The notes under the pieces: generated by a model
What the model saw: the letters and a program-made list of their open reading frames with translations, nothing else
Database searches by the model: none
What the model was told of the DNA's origin: nothing
Translations under genes and position numbers: made by a program
Shown: positions 18,373-27,436 of the stretch, in pieces
How the letters are laid out: each line of letters opens with the position of its first letter
Numbering within the stretch: the stretch's first letter is position 1
IMG/VR virus record: IMGVR_UViG_3300032233_001310
Span: 1 to 39,109 of that record
Origin: a virus
Taxonomy: Duplodnaviria > Caudoviricetes
Length of the DNA stretch: 39,109 nt
Reading direction: 5' to 3' (one strand)

Positions 18373-20636
18373 AGGATGATCCAGCCAGTGCCAGTGGACT
18401 GTAGCGTCACGCTCTGATACTGCTGCGACATGGTGATGGTCGCCTGCCCGTCGATGAGCTGACCGGACTGGCCGGTGATGGTCGTGATGCCAGTGCTGGA
18501 GTTCTTGATGACATAGACGCGGCCAGCAGGTACGCCGCTGCCGATCGGTGAGCCTGACGACAGCGCGCCAGACGCGGCTGCCGTGCCCGGCTGGGACACA
18601 TACCCAGCTGGTGGGAGCGTGACCGGCAGCGTGCCGGAGGTGTGGCGCGCGTCAAATGTGTGGTCTTTTGACTCCAGCGCATACGCTGTCGTGGTCGCCT
18701 GCGTCCGGTACGGCAGATGTAGCGCGGCGTAGAGCGCCACATAGCCGTAGGTGCCAGCCATCAGGTTTGTCTGCCGCGATACGCTGGTGGCTGATGTGAC
18801 GCCAATCGACATGTCCAGCCTGCCGACTGAGTCTGATGATCCGGTCAGCATCGGGCGCGGCAGATTGCCACTGCCGTCAAAGTAGATCCCGGACTGTTTA
18901 GTGGACCCAGACTGCGCGGACACATCTATGGTGATCGCGGACGGCACTGAGCTACCGTCCACCAGCTTCTGGGGATTGGACCCACTGATGTAGATGCCAC
19001 CGTTCTGGATGCTCACCGCTCCCTGAGCTGGCGTGCCAGTGGTCAGCGCGACGGCGTTGGTGTCGGTGTAGGTCGTGGTCCCGGCAGTGATGCTGGTGAG
19101 GAAACTGGACGCGCCGAAGGTCGCCGCGTTTGTAGTGCTGTTGCGATAGACGCGGTAGCCGGTCGTGCCTGTGACCGTAGCCCATGTCAGTCCGATGCTG
19201 CTAGTGGCGCCGGTCGTGGTGGCGCTGGCGAATACTGGCGTGGACTCTATGCCGCGCGCGTCTAGGCTGGTGACGGCGTAGAAATAGGTAGCTGCGGCCA
19301 GTGTGCCTCCAGTGGTAGATGGCGTGGCCGTGAGTGTGGCTGGCGCGCTGATCGCCGTGACCGTCACGCGCGCCGCGTTCATCGTGCCCAGTGTCTGGAG
19401 GACGCCAGCTGCTGACCGTGCCAGTGAGGTGTCAGCCGGACTGACGGTGCCATCTCCCCACTGATGCCTGCCGGTGTGGTCAATGGTCATGCGGGCGCTG
19501 GCCGCGTCGCCTGCGACGCCGACGAACGCGGCGGTGCCAGTAGGCGACGATGACCTGAGCCACAGCCCGTTGCCGTTGCGGATCATCACGCCAGCGCCGC
19601 CGCTGTTGCCATTCACCTCCAGTGACCCATCGGTGTAGAGGCGCCCAGAGCTGGGACGGTACAGCGACACATCACTAGCAGCGGTGCCGTCTCCCCACGC
19701 CAGCTTGCCGCTGGCGTCGATGATGAAGCGGTAGAACGCATCTGAGGCCAGCCCTGCGAACAGCAGCTGCGTGGTGACGCCAGACGCAGTCGTCAGGCGC
19801 AGGCCACCACCGCCACTGATCGTCTGGCCACTGGCGTGCGTGAACACATTCGCCAGACTGGTGCCAGCCGCGCCGATCGCCGCTGGCGTGATCGCATCGG
19901 GCTGACCAGCCGCGTGCGATGCTGCGTGCGCTGATGGTGTGCGCGAGTCCGTGAGGCGCGAGTCGCTGGTGGACACGGCACCGGATACATCAGCGACGGT
20001 CAGGACGATCGCGCCAGTGCGCCCGGCGACACTGCTGACCAGATCCGGTGGAGTGAGCAGCATGGTCCAGTCAGCGATCGTCCCGGCCGTGCCACCGTTG
20101 TGGATGTAGGTCGTGCTGTCAGTCGTGACGACCACGACATCACCGATGGCCATGCCCGTCAGCGCGATCATCTGTGCCGTAGTGCTGACGACGCTGACGC
20201 TGCTGATAGCCAGTGGTGGGATGGTGCTGCTGTCCAGTCGGCCGCTGCCGTCCAGTCCCGCGTAGCCGTTCGGCTGGCCCTTCGCGCTGGCGTCCTGTTT
20301 CCCAGCCAGAGCGCCTGTCAGTCCAGTGACCTCTGACTGTGCGTGAGTGTGAGTGGCGGCAGCCGCACCGATCGCTGACGGTGTGATCGCATCAGTGCCA
20401 CCAGTCGCATGGGACGCGGCGTGAGATGTCGGCGTGCGTGCGTCTGACAGGCGCGCGTCATTACCAGCTGCGACTGATCCACTGGTCGCACCGACGACGA
20501 CACTGATGGTGCGCGTGCCAGCGTTGTAGATCAGTGGCGTGGTCGCTGCTGCGACACCATCAGCGCCAGCTGCGCCAGCTGCGCCAGTCGCGCCCGTGTC
20601 TCCCTTAGGTCCGCGTTTCGGATAAAACGCGGGCAT
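18369..20636 (-). CDS. Fibre/spike protein (755 aa)
   Basis: N-terminal Gly-X-Y repeats, duplicated D.RL.D.RTP..HAASHA...DAITP module, FN3-like YFYAVT...GYRVYR segment. Confidence 0.75.
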   Translation of the reverse strand: MPAFYPKRGPKGDTGATGAAGAAGADGVAAATTPLIYNAGTRTISVVVGATSGSVAAGNDARLSDARTPTSHAASHATGGTDAITPSAIGAAAATHTHAQSEVTGLTGALAGKQDASAKGQPNGYAGLDGSGRLDSSTIPPLAISSVSVVSTTAQMIALTGMAIGDVVVVTTDSTTYIHNGGTAGTIADWTMLLTPPDLVSSVAGRTGAIVLTVADVSGAVSTSDSRLTDSRTPSAHAASHAAGQPDAITPAAIGAAGTSLANVFTHASGQTISGGGGLRLTTASGVTTQLLFAGLASDAFYRFIIDASGKLAWGDGTAASDVSLYRPSSGRLYTDGSLEVNGNSGGAGVMIRNGNGLWLRSSSPTGTAAFVGVAGDAASARMTIDHTGRHQWGDGTVSPADTSLARSAAGVLQTLGTMNAARVTVTAISAPATLTATPSTTGGTLAAATYFYAVTSLDARGIESTPVFASATTTGATSSIGLTWATVTGTTGYRVYRNSTTNAATFGASSFLTSITAGTTTYTDTNAVALTTGTPAQGAVSIQNGGIYISGSNPQKLVDGSSVPSAITIDVSAQSGSTKQSGIYFDGSGNLPRPMLTGSSDSVGRLDMSIGVTSATSVSRQTNLMAGTYGYVALYAALHLPYRTQATTTAYALESKDHTFDARHTSGTLPVTLPPAGYVSQPGTAAASGALSSGSPIGSGVPAGRVYVIKNSSTGITTITGQSGQLIDGQATITMSQQYQSVTLQSTGTGWIIL

Positions 20637-21112
20637 CAGTCTGTGTTGCGCTCAAAACTGTCGCGCGGCAGTGACGGCTGGCTGTTGTCCGGTGTTGATC
20701 CCCACCGCTCTCCATGCCGTCCCACCGTAGTGGTGGACAGGCGCGCCAGCCCAGTGGCCGCCAGCTCCCGGCGCACGGCAGGACCGATGTGCGGCAGCGT
20801 GCCCTCAGTGGTGTAGTCCGGCCCAGTCACCTTCTGGTACTGGCCACGGATGAAGAAATCGGCGCCCATCACATGCCGGTACTGAGCCTGAGCGCAGGTA
20901 GCTCTCCTGAGCGCCAGCTGCTCACTGGCTGCGAGTGCGTCAGGACTGAAACGCCTGCCGTCATCCAGCACTGGGCGATCCACGACGCAGAGGCTGTCCA
21001 CATCGCGCTCACTAGCAGCGATCAGTGCCGTGGCCGTAGCGTCCGGCATGTCCGTGCTGGACAGGCCAGTGTAGTCCCGCAGCTGAGCTGGAGTGGCGTA
21101 TGGCGTCGGCAT
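20636..21112 (-). CDS. Head-tail adaptor
   Basis: MPTPYAT..QL..Y, ASERDVD, RATCAQAQY; typical of the gene after the capsid. Confidence 0.75.
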   Translation of the reverse strand: MPTPYATPAQLRDYTGLSSTDMPDATATALIAASERDVDSLCVVDRPVLDDGRRFSPDALAASEQLALRRATCAQAQYRHVMGADFFIRGQYQKVTGPDYTTEGTLPHIGPAVRRELAATGLARLSTTTVGRHGERWGSTPDNSQPSLPRDSFERNTD

Positions 21113-21253
21113 CAGCGCGTCCCCTGTCGCGCACCATGCGACAGCAGAGTGGACTGCCACGCCGTGGAGGACTCACGGCGCGGCAGTCCGGTCCCGGCGC
21201 ATGGCCGGGAAGCTGTCGGTGCGATGGTCAGTGCGGCCATCGAACCGGGCACG

Positions 21254-21457
21254 CTAGTCGCGCACCTCAATCTGCGCGACAGTGTCGGCAGGGAGGTCCG
21301 GTGCGGGCTGGTAGGTGCTGCCCGTTGGCGGGACCGCATCCACGGGCGCGATGACCGCGTCCGTGTCAGCAGGTCCACCAGCGGCTGGCGTGGCCGCCGT
21401 GTCCTCAGACACGACGGCGTCAGCCTCATCCGTGGTCCGCTTCTTAGCGGCTGCCAT
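21254..21457 (-). CDS. Small acidic protein after MCP
   Basis: TGATG coupling with the capsid stop; AAGGA RBS. Confidence 0.55.
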   Translation of the reverse strand: MAAAKKRTTDEADAVVSEDTAATPAAGGPADTDAVIAPVDAVPPTGSTYQPAPDLPADTVAQIEVRD

Positions 21458-22380
21458 CAGCTGGCATCCTTGATGACGACGAATCGCTTGCTGAGATCGT
21501 GGGCGGTGAATCCCAGCCGCGTCTCCCACTGGACAGCCATCTTGTTCTGCTGCCAGAGGTGCTGGACAGTGCCGCTGACATCGATGCTGGCCTGATCGCT
21601 GGTCCGCACGCTGATGTCAGCGCGCATCGCTGCGATAGCTCCACTGAAATCGCCGACAATGCCGACGATCTTGCTGGCAGCCTTCGTCGCGCTGAATCGC
21701 GGCAGGTTGCTGCTGTACCTGATCGGTGCGCCGTAGAGCGTGTCCGGCTCCCGTTCGTAGCTGGCCGTGTAGACCGGCGCAGTCGTCTCCACTGCGCGGC
21801 GTGCGTCACGCAGGTGCGCGCGCCCGTCGCTGGCGAGGATGATCCCGGACGGCGTGTAGCCGTTCGATTCGATCGTGTTGAACGCCGACGACACGGCCGA
21901 TGCCAGTGCGTCACCGGATGATCCCAGCTCCACCGATGAGGTCGTGGAGGTCAGCGCGGTGTCGAACGATGTGGTGACGGTGCTGCCTGCGGCGTAGCCC
22001 AGTGCGTGCGCGTCGATGAGATCAGCGATGGCTGACTGGACATCAGCATTGACCAGAACGCGCGGATCCTCCGCGGCGTCCTCCAGCAGCTCTTCTGTGT
22101 AGATGACCTGACTGGCGATCTTCTTGACATTCACGACGACCTCAGCGAATTCAGCGCCGGTCGTGGGCTTGGCGGCTCCCTCACTCACGAACTGAGCGGT
22201 GGGCCTGCCTGCGTAGACGGTGTACCGCTGGCGCTTGCCGGGCACACGATCGACGCGGGAGAGCGACATGACTGCGGACTCGCGCAGGATGCCGTTCTGG
22301 AGTGTCTGCCCGTAGGTGTCACGGACAAGGTAGCCGCCGGAGGCGTCGGTGCCCTCCAGCAGAGGAATAGCGTTAGCCAT
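21457..22380 (-). CDS. Major capsid protein (HK97 fold)
   Basis: GGYLV, FVSEGAAKP, KKIA....TEELLED, LYGAPI, GDFS, LWQQN motifs; AGGAG RBS. Confidence 0.93.
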   Translation of the reverse strand: MANAIPLLEGTDASGGYLVRDTYGQTLQNGILRESAVMSLSRVDRVPGKRQRYTVYAGRPTAQFVSEGAAKPTTGAEFAEVVVNVKKIASQVIYTEELLEDAAEDPRVLVNADVQSAIADLIDAHALGYAAGSTVTTSFDTALTSTTSSVELGSSGDALASAVSSAFNTIESNGYTPSGIILASDGRAHLRDARRAVETTAPVYTASYEREPDTLYGAPIRYSSNLPRFSATKAASKIVGIVGDFSGAIAAMRADISVRTSDQASIDVSGTVQHLWQQNKMAVQWETRLGFTAHDLSKRFVVIKDAS

Positions 22381-22431
22381 GATAGGTGTCTCCTGATGTG
22401 GACTGGACTGTGTCTAGTGCTGCTGGTCCTG

Positions 22432-22513
22432 TCCGTGGTGACGCCCGGCGGCGATGTGGACCGTCTATGTGGCGCGGCCTGTGTCAGCTCCGTGGTATCG
22501 CCCGGCGGCGGTG
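22432..22513 (-). repeat. 25-nt direct repeat pair in the capsid leader
   Basis: 22432-22456 vs 22489-22513, 22/25 identical. Confidence 0.75.
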
Positions 22514-22546
22514 AGTGCTGACAGGTCGGTGCCCTGCCATCCATGA

Positions 22547-22584
22547 TGCGACACTGGCCGGACAGATCGCCCGGCCGTGTCGCA
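22547..22584 (-). terminator. Stem-loop after the scaffold gene
   Basis: TGCGACAC(T)GGCCGG...CCGGCCGTGTCGCA, 14-bp stem with one bulge. Confidence 0.6.
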
Positions 22585-22590
22585 CTGGAC

Positions 22591-23169
22591 TCAGCGGCCG
22601 CGCTGGATCATGCGGAGCAGGTCACTGCCGACTGCCATGCGCTCATCGGGCTGGCCGTCAGCGCCGATCGGCACTGGCGTGGAGCCGGGCTGCGACAGTG
22701 GCGTGCCCATCGGCCGTGGCCCAGTGTCAGCTGCCCTGACCAGATGCGGCTTCCGTTCGATCAGTCCAGCGACGGCTGCCTGCGCCTCATCGCTGGTGCT
22801 GATGGAGTTCAGGTCGCACAGTGCGATGGCGTCCTCCGGGTCCACCAGACCAGCGGCGCTGGCTGCGGCACGGACCAGTGACCCGCGCTCCAGTGTGAGG
22901 ACGGCTGCCTGCGCGTCGGCCAGCTGCTGCTCCGCTGTCTCGCGCGCGACGCGCTCCCGGTCCAGCTCCGACATGGCTGCCTGCTCCTGCTCCTGCTTCC
23001 ATGCCGTCAGCTGCTCCAGCTGGTCGCGCAGCGTGCGGTTCTCATCCGTGACCTTCTGGAATCGTGAGAGCGGGATGCGCCCAGTGTCATCCGTGGTCGT
23101 GTCCTGCTGCGGCTGAGTGTCCGGTGCCTGCGAGTCAGTGGCGTCCGGCGTGATGTCCATGTCAGACAA
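22591..23169 (-). CDS. Capsid scaffolding protein
   Basis: IPLSRFQKV...MSELDR coiled coil, DPEDA, KPHLV; precedes MCP. Confidence 0.8.
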   Translation of the reverse strand: MSDMDITPDATDSQAPDTQPQQDTTTDDTGRIPLSRFQKVTDENRTLRDQLEQLTAWKQEQEQAAMSELDRERVARETAEQQLADAQAAVLTLERGSLVRAAASAAGLVDPEDAIALCDLNSISTSDEAQAAVAGLIERKPHLVRAADTGPRPMGTPLSQPGSTPVPIGADGQPDERMAVGSDLLRMIQRGR

Positions 23170-23235
23170 TGCGTGTGTCCTCCTGTAGTCCCTACTGACA
23201 GATGAGCTGTGAGCGTGGCAGCAGGCGCGGACGGA

Positions 23236-23925
23236 TCACGCAGCGACATTCCAGAACAGCGCGCCCGGTGAGGCGTGCTGCTGGATGTACCGCCATGCCT
23301 TAGCGTCATAGGTCCGGCACGATGGAAACGGCGGAGGGATGCGCGCTGGCCGTTCGAACGCCTCTGGTGCGCGGTACACGGTCGCTGCTCCGGCGTCTGG
23401 CTCCCGGCCGATGATGACCGCGTGATGGCTGGCGTCCGGCCATGCGTGCTGGAGCGCGCGCGTGAGCGTGCCACTGCCAGCGACGCACCAGACCTCTGAT
23501 GGCGTGACTGGCAGGCTGGCCGCGCACGCTGAGAGCGCGTCGCGCATCTCCGGGCAGTCCAGTCCGAATGGCAGCAGTGTCGCTCCGGTCGTGTCCGCGT
23601 ACTCAGTCGCTGCGCGCTGGACGCGCGGCAGGTAGCCGTACTGGATCTGGTGGATGGTCGCGCCCGCGTCCTGTGCCTGCTGCGTGAGGTCGTGGAGCTG
23701 GCGGCGCTCAGCGACGAACACATGCGCGTGCCTGCCAGTGGCTGCGGCTGAGTGCGCGAGAGCTACCTGCGCGTAGCCGTAGGCTGGACTGGCGTACACG
23801 ATGTCATGCCCGGCGCCGATGGCGTCCAGTACCTGTGGCAGCACGCGCGCCTTCGTGCCGCCGGGCAGCAGGTCGTCGCGCACGATCGTGATGCCGTCGA
23901 TGGTGTCCAGTGCTGGCGCGTCCAT
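23236..23925 (-). CDS. PLP-dependent enzyme, fold type II (PALP-like)
   Basis: VRDDLLPGGTKAR (Schiff-base Lys), AGSGT phosphate loop, YDAKAW, LFWNV. Confidence 0.8.
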   Translation of the reverse strand: MDAPALDTIDGITIVRDDLLPGGTKARVLPQVLDAIGAGHDIVYASPAYGYAQVALAHSAAATGRHAHVFVAERRQLHDLTQQAQDAGATIHQIQYGYLPRVQRAATEYADTTGATLLPFGLDCPEMRDALSACAASLPVTPSEVWCVAGSGTLTRALQHAWPDASHHAVIIGREPDAGAATVYRAPEAFERPARIPPPFPSCRTYDAKAWRYIQQHASPGALFWNVAA

Positions 23926-23928
23926 GTG

Positions 23929-24324
23929 TCAGTCCCAGTCTCCCGCGTCGATCTGGTCCACGATGCCTGACGCGGTGATCCATGCGACGGACGGTACGCG
24001 CCCGGCTGTCTCTGCTGGGTCCGCGATGAGGTCGGCCAGTGTGTCGCGCAGGGCTGCCGCGTGGTAGCGCGACAGTCGGATGACGCACGCTCCAGTGTCG
24101 GGATGCGCGATGGCTCCGGCGCGCTCCATGACGGCGATGATGCCGTGGATGGGACTGTCGGCGGCGCAGCCGTGGATGGTGACTGCGTCACGGATGACTG
24201 CGCGGTCAGCGCGGCTGGTGCTGATCGTGATGGCGTGGCGATCGGTGCCCCAGCCCAGTGGCTCTGTGCGGACGCCACCGCAGCCGCGTGCGTCGATGGT
24301 GGCTGTGACCTGTGTGGCGCTCAT
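23929..24324 (-). CDS. Hypothetical protein (moron gene 2)
   Basis: ATGA overlap with upstream moron gene. Confidence 0.6.
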   Translation of the reverse strand: MSATQVTATIDARGCGGVRTEPLGWGTDRHAITISTSRADRAVIRDAVTIHGCAADSPIHGIIAVMERAGAIAHPDTGACVIRLSRYHAAALRDTLADLIADPAETAGRVPSVAWITASGIVDQIDAGDWD

Positions 24325-24554
24325 GACCGACCACCGTTGATCTGCCCGATGACATGGCTGGCGACAGCCATTTCCTGCTTGGCGCGCATGTACGCGGAGG
24401 CGCCTGCGCCGTTTTCGATCGTGTCGCGCGCGTCGGCGCTGACCAGACGGAGGATGCTGCGCAGTGCCTTTGCCTGCGTGTCGGTCAGATCGATGCTGAT
24501 AGTGGTGCTGTCGGTGTTCACTGTGGTGGCCTCCTGAGTGGCTGTCGTGGTCAT
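24321..24554 (-). CDS. Hypothetical protein (moron gene 1)
   Basis: Follows promoter copy 3; start at ATG 24554 or GTG 24521 after AGGAGG. Confidence 0.7.
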   Translation of the reverse strand: MTTTATQEATTVNTDSTTISIDLTDTQAKALRSILRLVSADARDTIENGAGASAYMRAKQEMAVASHVIGQINGGRS

Positions 24555-24618
24555 GGGACCAGTATACACACATCAGGCGCGAACGCACGCGCGGATGTGA
24601 TCTGGCGCGCAGGCGCTA
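24552..24618 (-). promoter_or_regulatory. Cassette-head promoter copy 3
   Basis: TAG of MTase; palindrome 24575-24590; -10 TATACT (24561-24566); ATG 6 nt later. Confidence 0.8.
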
Positions 24619-25680
24619 CATCGTGAACAGCTGCGGCGGCTGATCCTCACGCACGCGCTCCGGCGGCATCACCGCCACATCCACCAGCGGATCACAGCAC
24701 CGCGCAGCCGCAGCTCTCGCATCGCCCTTCACGAACACCAGCACCTGCTGATGCGTCCGGCCCACCTTCCGCGATGACTCAAACGGCCGCGCGCACCGCA
24801 CCGCCAGTGAGCCTACGGGCGCTATCAGGATGATCTCATTGTGTAGCGCCAGCCCGATCTCACCTGCGGCTCTGATCGTGTCAGCGACCAGCCCGCGATA
24901 CGCACCGCTGCGGTCCCGCAGGTCACTGATGACCCAGACGGCAAACGCGTCGTCTCGCAGGCCACGGTGCGCGGCGGCCAGCGATGCGTGATGCGCGGCG
25001 ATGAAGTCGTCATAGTCCAGTGTGCTGATGTCATCAGGCTGCTCACTGTAGACCTCTAGGTCCGCGTATGGCGGACAGGTCAGCACCATGTCAGCGTGAC
25101 GGTCGCCCAGCATCGTGTCGCAGGACCGCGCGTCGCCCAGCATCCACATCGGCAGATGATCGGGCTGCCAGCCACGCTGGATCAGCTCACCGGCCTTCTG
25201 GTCGTTGGCGTCGATCTGCTCCTGCCTGACATCCGTGCCCAGATACTGGCGTCCCATCGACGCGGCCACGACGCCACGGACACTGCCGCCAGCGAATGGG
25301 TCCAGCACCAGTCCACCGGCTGGCGACAACCAGCGGATGGCCAGCTCAGCTAGCACTGGGTCAAACTGGCTGGTGCCTGCGCCAACGGTCGTCTCTGGGT
25401 GGTGGTCACGGAGGTGGTCCTGCTCAAACTCTGCGTGAGTGAGCGTGCGGCCGACGCGCTGCTCCGCCGCCGTCTTCTGCGCGTAGTAATCGGGCACGCG
25501 GCCACTGGCACTGTCATAGGTCAGGCGCTGCTCCCGGCCGTCACCGGACGCCATCCCAGACCGCAGCCACATCCGCTTGCGCGTCTGCCACGGACCACTA
25601 CGCTGATCCATGACGCTGAATGGCACGGAGCCGTACCGCTCCGCCAGTCCCAGCACCTGCCCACCGTCGCTCACTGACAT
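24616..25680 (-). CDS. DNA amino-methyltransferase-fold protein
   Basis: SAM motif VLDPFAGGSVRG precedes catalytic TCPPY; PFSV.D.R.G.WQ.RK..W N-terminus. Confidence 0.85.
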   Translation of the reverse strand: MSVSDGGQVLGLAERYGSVPFSVMDQRSGPWQTRKRMWLRSGMASGDGREQRLTYDSASGRVPDYYAQKTAAEQRVGRTLTHAEFEQDHLRDHHPETTVGAGTSQFDPVLAELAIRWLSPAGGLVLDPFAGGSVRGVVAASMGRQYLGTDVRQEQIDANDQKAGELIQRGWQPDHLPMWMLGDARSCDTMLGDRHADMVLTCPPYADLEVYSEQPDDISTLDYDDFIAAHHASLAAAHRGLRDDAFAVWVISDLRDRSGAYRGLVADTIRAAGEIGLALHNEIILIAPVGSLAVRCARPFESSRKVGRTHQQVLVFVKGDARAAAARCCDPLVDVAVMPPERVREDQPPQLFTM

Positions 25681-25759
25681 GGTCGTGTCACTCCTGTGTC
25701 GTGTCGCAGTCCTCTACGGCGACAGGATCGCGGACACTACCTGAGCGGACGGTCGCCAG

Positions 25760-25999
25760 TCACTCAGCGCCCAGTGTCGGCTGGTCCGTGATGACACGGA
25801 CGCTGCGCGCGATCTGGTCATCCATCGTGATGACGCCAGCCTCCCGCAGATTCACCAGATGGACATTCACCGTGCTGACCGACTGGAGGCGCAGGCGCGC
25901 CGCGATGTCGCGCTGGCTGGGAGGGTAGCCGCGCTCAGCTGTGAGGACGCGGATGGCCTCCACGACGCGCAGCTGCGTCGCCGTCAGGTCACGGCTCAC
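25760..25999 (-). CDS. LexA-type DNA-binding domain only (no peptidase domain)
   Basis: LT..Q..V...I.......GYPPS.RDIA..L.L.S.STV..HL..L...G.I......ARS. Confidence 0.85.
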   Translation of the reverse strand: MSRDLTATQLRVVEAIRVLTAERGYPPSQRDIAARLRLQSVSTVNVHLVNLREAGVITMDDQIARSVRVITDQPTLGAE

Positions 26000-27423
26000 G
26001 CCGCAGGATTGATCGGCGGCGTAGGCGTGCTGATCGTCGGCGCCTGCGGCATCTCACCATTGATGCGGTCCAGCTCATCCTGTACCTGCTGCGGCGACCA
26101 GTCCTCATGCCACTCACTGACAGCCTGCTCAGTGCTGGACAGGCCAGCGCCAGTGATCGTCGCCAGCACCTGCGCTGCCTGTAGGTCATCTCGCACCAGT
26201 GACTCCGATCTCTCCACGCCGATGGTCCCGGCCGCGTCCTGCCAGCGGCGGCCGAAGCCTCCCTCAGTGGTGGGTCGCCCGTCGATGATCGCGGCCATGC
26301 TCAGCAGTCGCTGGATGCCACGATCGAAGTGCCTGCCCTTGCCGGACGCCTCCATCAGACTGTGTGACATGCGGAGCCGGAGCGCCGTGCCACTGATCGC
26401 GCCACCGTCCAGTCCGCGTCCCAGCTGCGCTGGGCTGATCCCGGCCAGAGTCACGGTCGTGTCCATGAGGTGATCTATCCACTGGACGATCGCGGCCGCA
26501 TCGTACTGGTAGTCCAGCACGCTCACTGGCTTGCCTCCCTCTCCCAGCATCTCATCGCGCTGGTGGCGGACATAGACATCATCGCCGTCTATGAATCGGC
26601 CGCGCCTGTCTAGGTACTCCGCGTCCACCAGAGCGCGCTTGCGGCCAGCCAGCTTCGTGTTCTGCTGGCCGATCGTCACCGTCTCATTCAGTGCTAGGAA
26701 ACGCTGCTCCAGCCCACGGTAGTCACTGAAGCCGCGCGTGGGATCAGCGCCAACGCTGTTCGGGATGAACGCCACCAGTGGCTGATCGACGCCGGTGCTG
26801 ACGATCTCCTGCCGTCCGGCGGTCTGCGGCATGGACGCCAGATCGATCTGCGTGCCCAGACTGGTGCCGGTGCCACGGTACAGGCGTGCCGTGATCGCTC
26901 CCGGTTCATATGTCTCCAGCAGGCGCGTGACCTCTACGGTGCCGGTGTGCCACTCAGTGACGAAGGTGGCGCCGGTGACGAATCGGCCGTGGAAATGCGG
27001 GATGACGCGGCGTGGGCTGACCCACTCTATGATCGGCCGGTCCAGCAGGCTGGGATCAACGACGATTCTGCCCCACACCTCTCCCTCACTGCTGGAGATG
27101 ATCGCGGCGCGGTGTAGCTCTGAGTCCAGTGCGTTGTCCGTGACCAGATCGTCCAGCAGTGACTGGTCCGCGTCGGCGGCTGGCGTGAAACGCGCGGGCT
27201 GCCCGAACAGCAGATTCGCTGATGCGCGACTGACCATGCGTGCCAGTGGCGTGTGGATGTACGGCTGGTCATACCTGACCTGTGCCTCCTGCCTGAGCCG
27301 TGTGTCATCGGACTCGCGCAGTGCGATCAGCAGCTCCACATCGTCCCACCGCTCACGCATGGCGGCTGGCGGCCATGTGTTGCGTCCCAGTACCGCGCTG
27401 TTGATGGCTGAGATGACGCCCAC
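25996..27423 (-). CDS. Portal protein (SPP1 gp6-like)
   Basis: 475 aa after TerL; ANLLFG.P, IPN...G.SDY, SGTAL, V.DELDRI motifs. Confidence 0.88.
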   Translation of the reverse strand: MGVISAINSAVLGRNTWPPAAMRERWDDVELLIALRESDDTRLRQEAQVRYDQPYIHTPLARMVSRASANLLFGQPARFTPAADADQSLLDDLVTDNALDSELHRAAIISSSEGEVWGRIVVDPSLLDRPIIEWVSPRRVIPHFHGRFVTGATFVTEWHTGTVEVTRLLETYEPGAITARLYRGTGTSLGTQIDLASMPQTAGRQEIVSTGVDQPLVAFIPNSVGADPTRGFSDYRGLEQRFLALNETVTIGQQNTKLAGRKRALVDAEYLDRRGRFIDGDDVYVRHQRDEMLGEGGKPVSVLDYQYDAAAIVQWIDHLMDTTVTLAGISPAQLGRGLDGGAISGTALRLRMSHSLMEASGKGRHFDRGIQRLLSMAAIIDGRPTTEGGFGRRWQDAAGTIGVERSESLVRDDLQAAQVLATITGAGLSSTEQAVSEWHEDWSPQQVQDELDRINGEMPQAPTISTPTPPINPAA

Positions 27424-27436
27424 TCTGCTATGGAGT

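Noticed and set aside
18369-20636. Diversity-generating retroelement target or invertible fibre
   Set aside because: Internal repeats are protein-level modules; no reverse transcriptase, invertase or adenine-specific repeat pair seen
21112-21256. Stop-codon readthrough or recoding after the small post-capsid gene
   Set aside because: Core genes are intact under the standard code, TAG is used as a normal stop, and the extension has no recognisable motif
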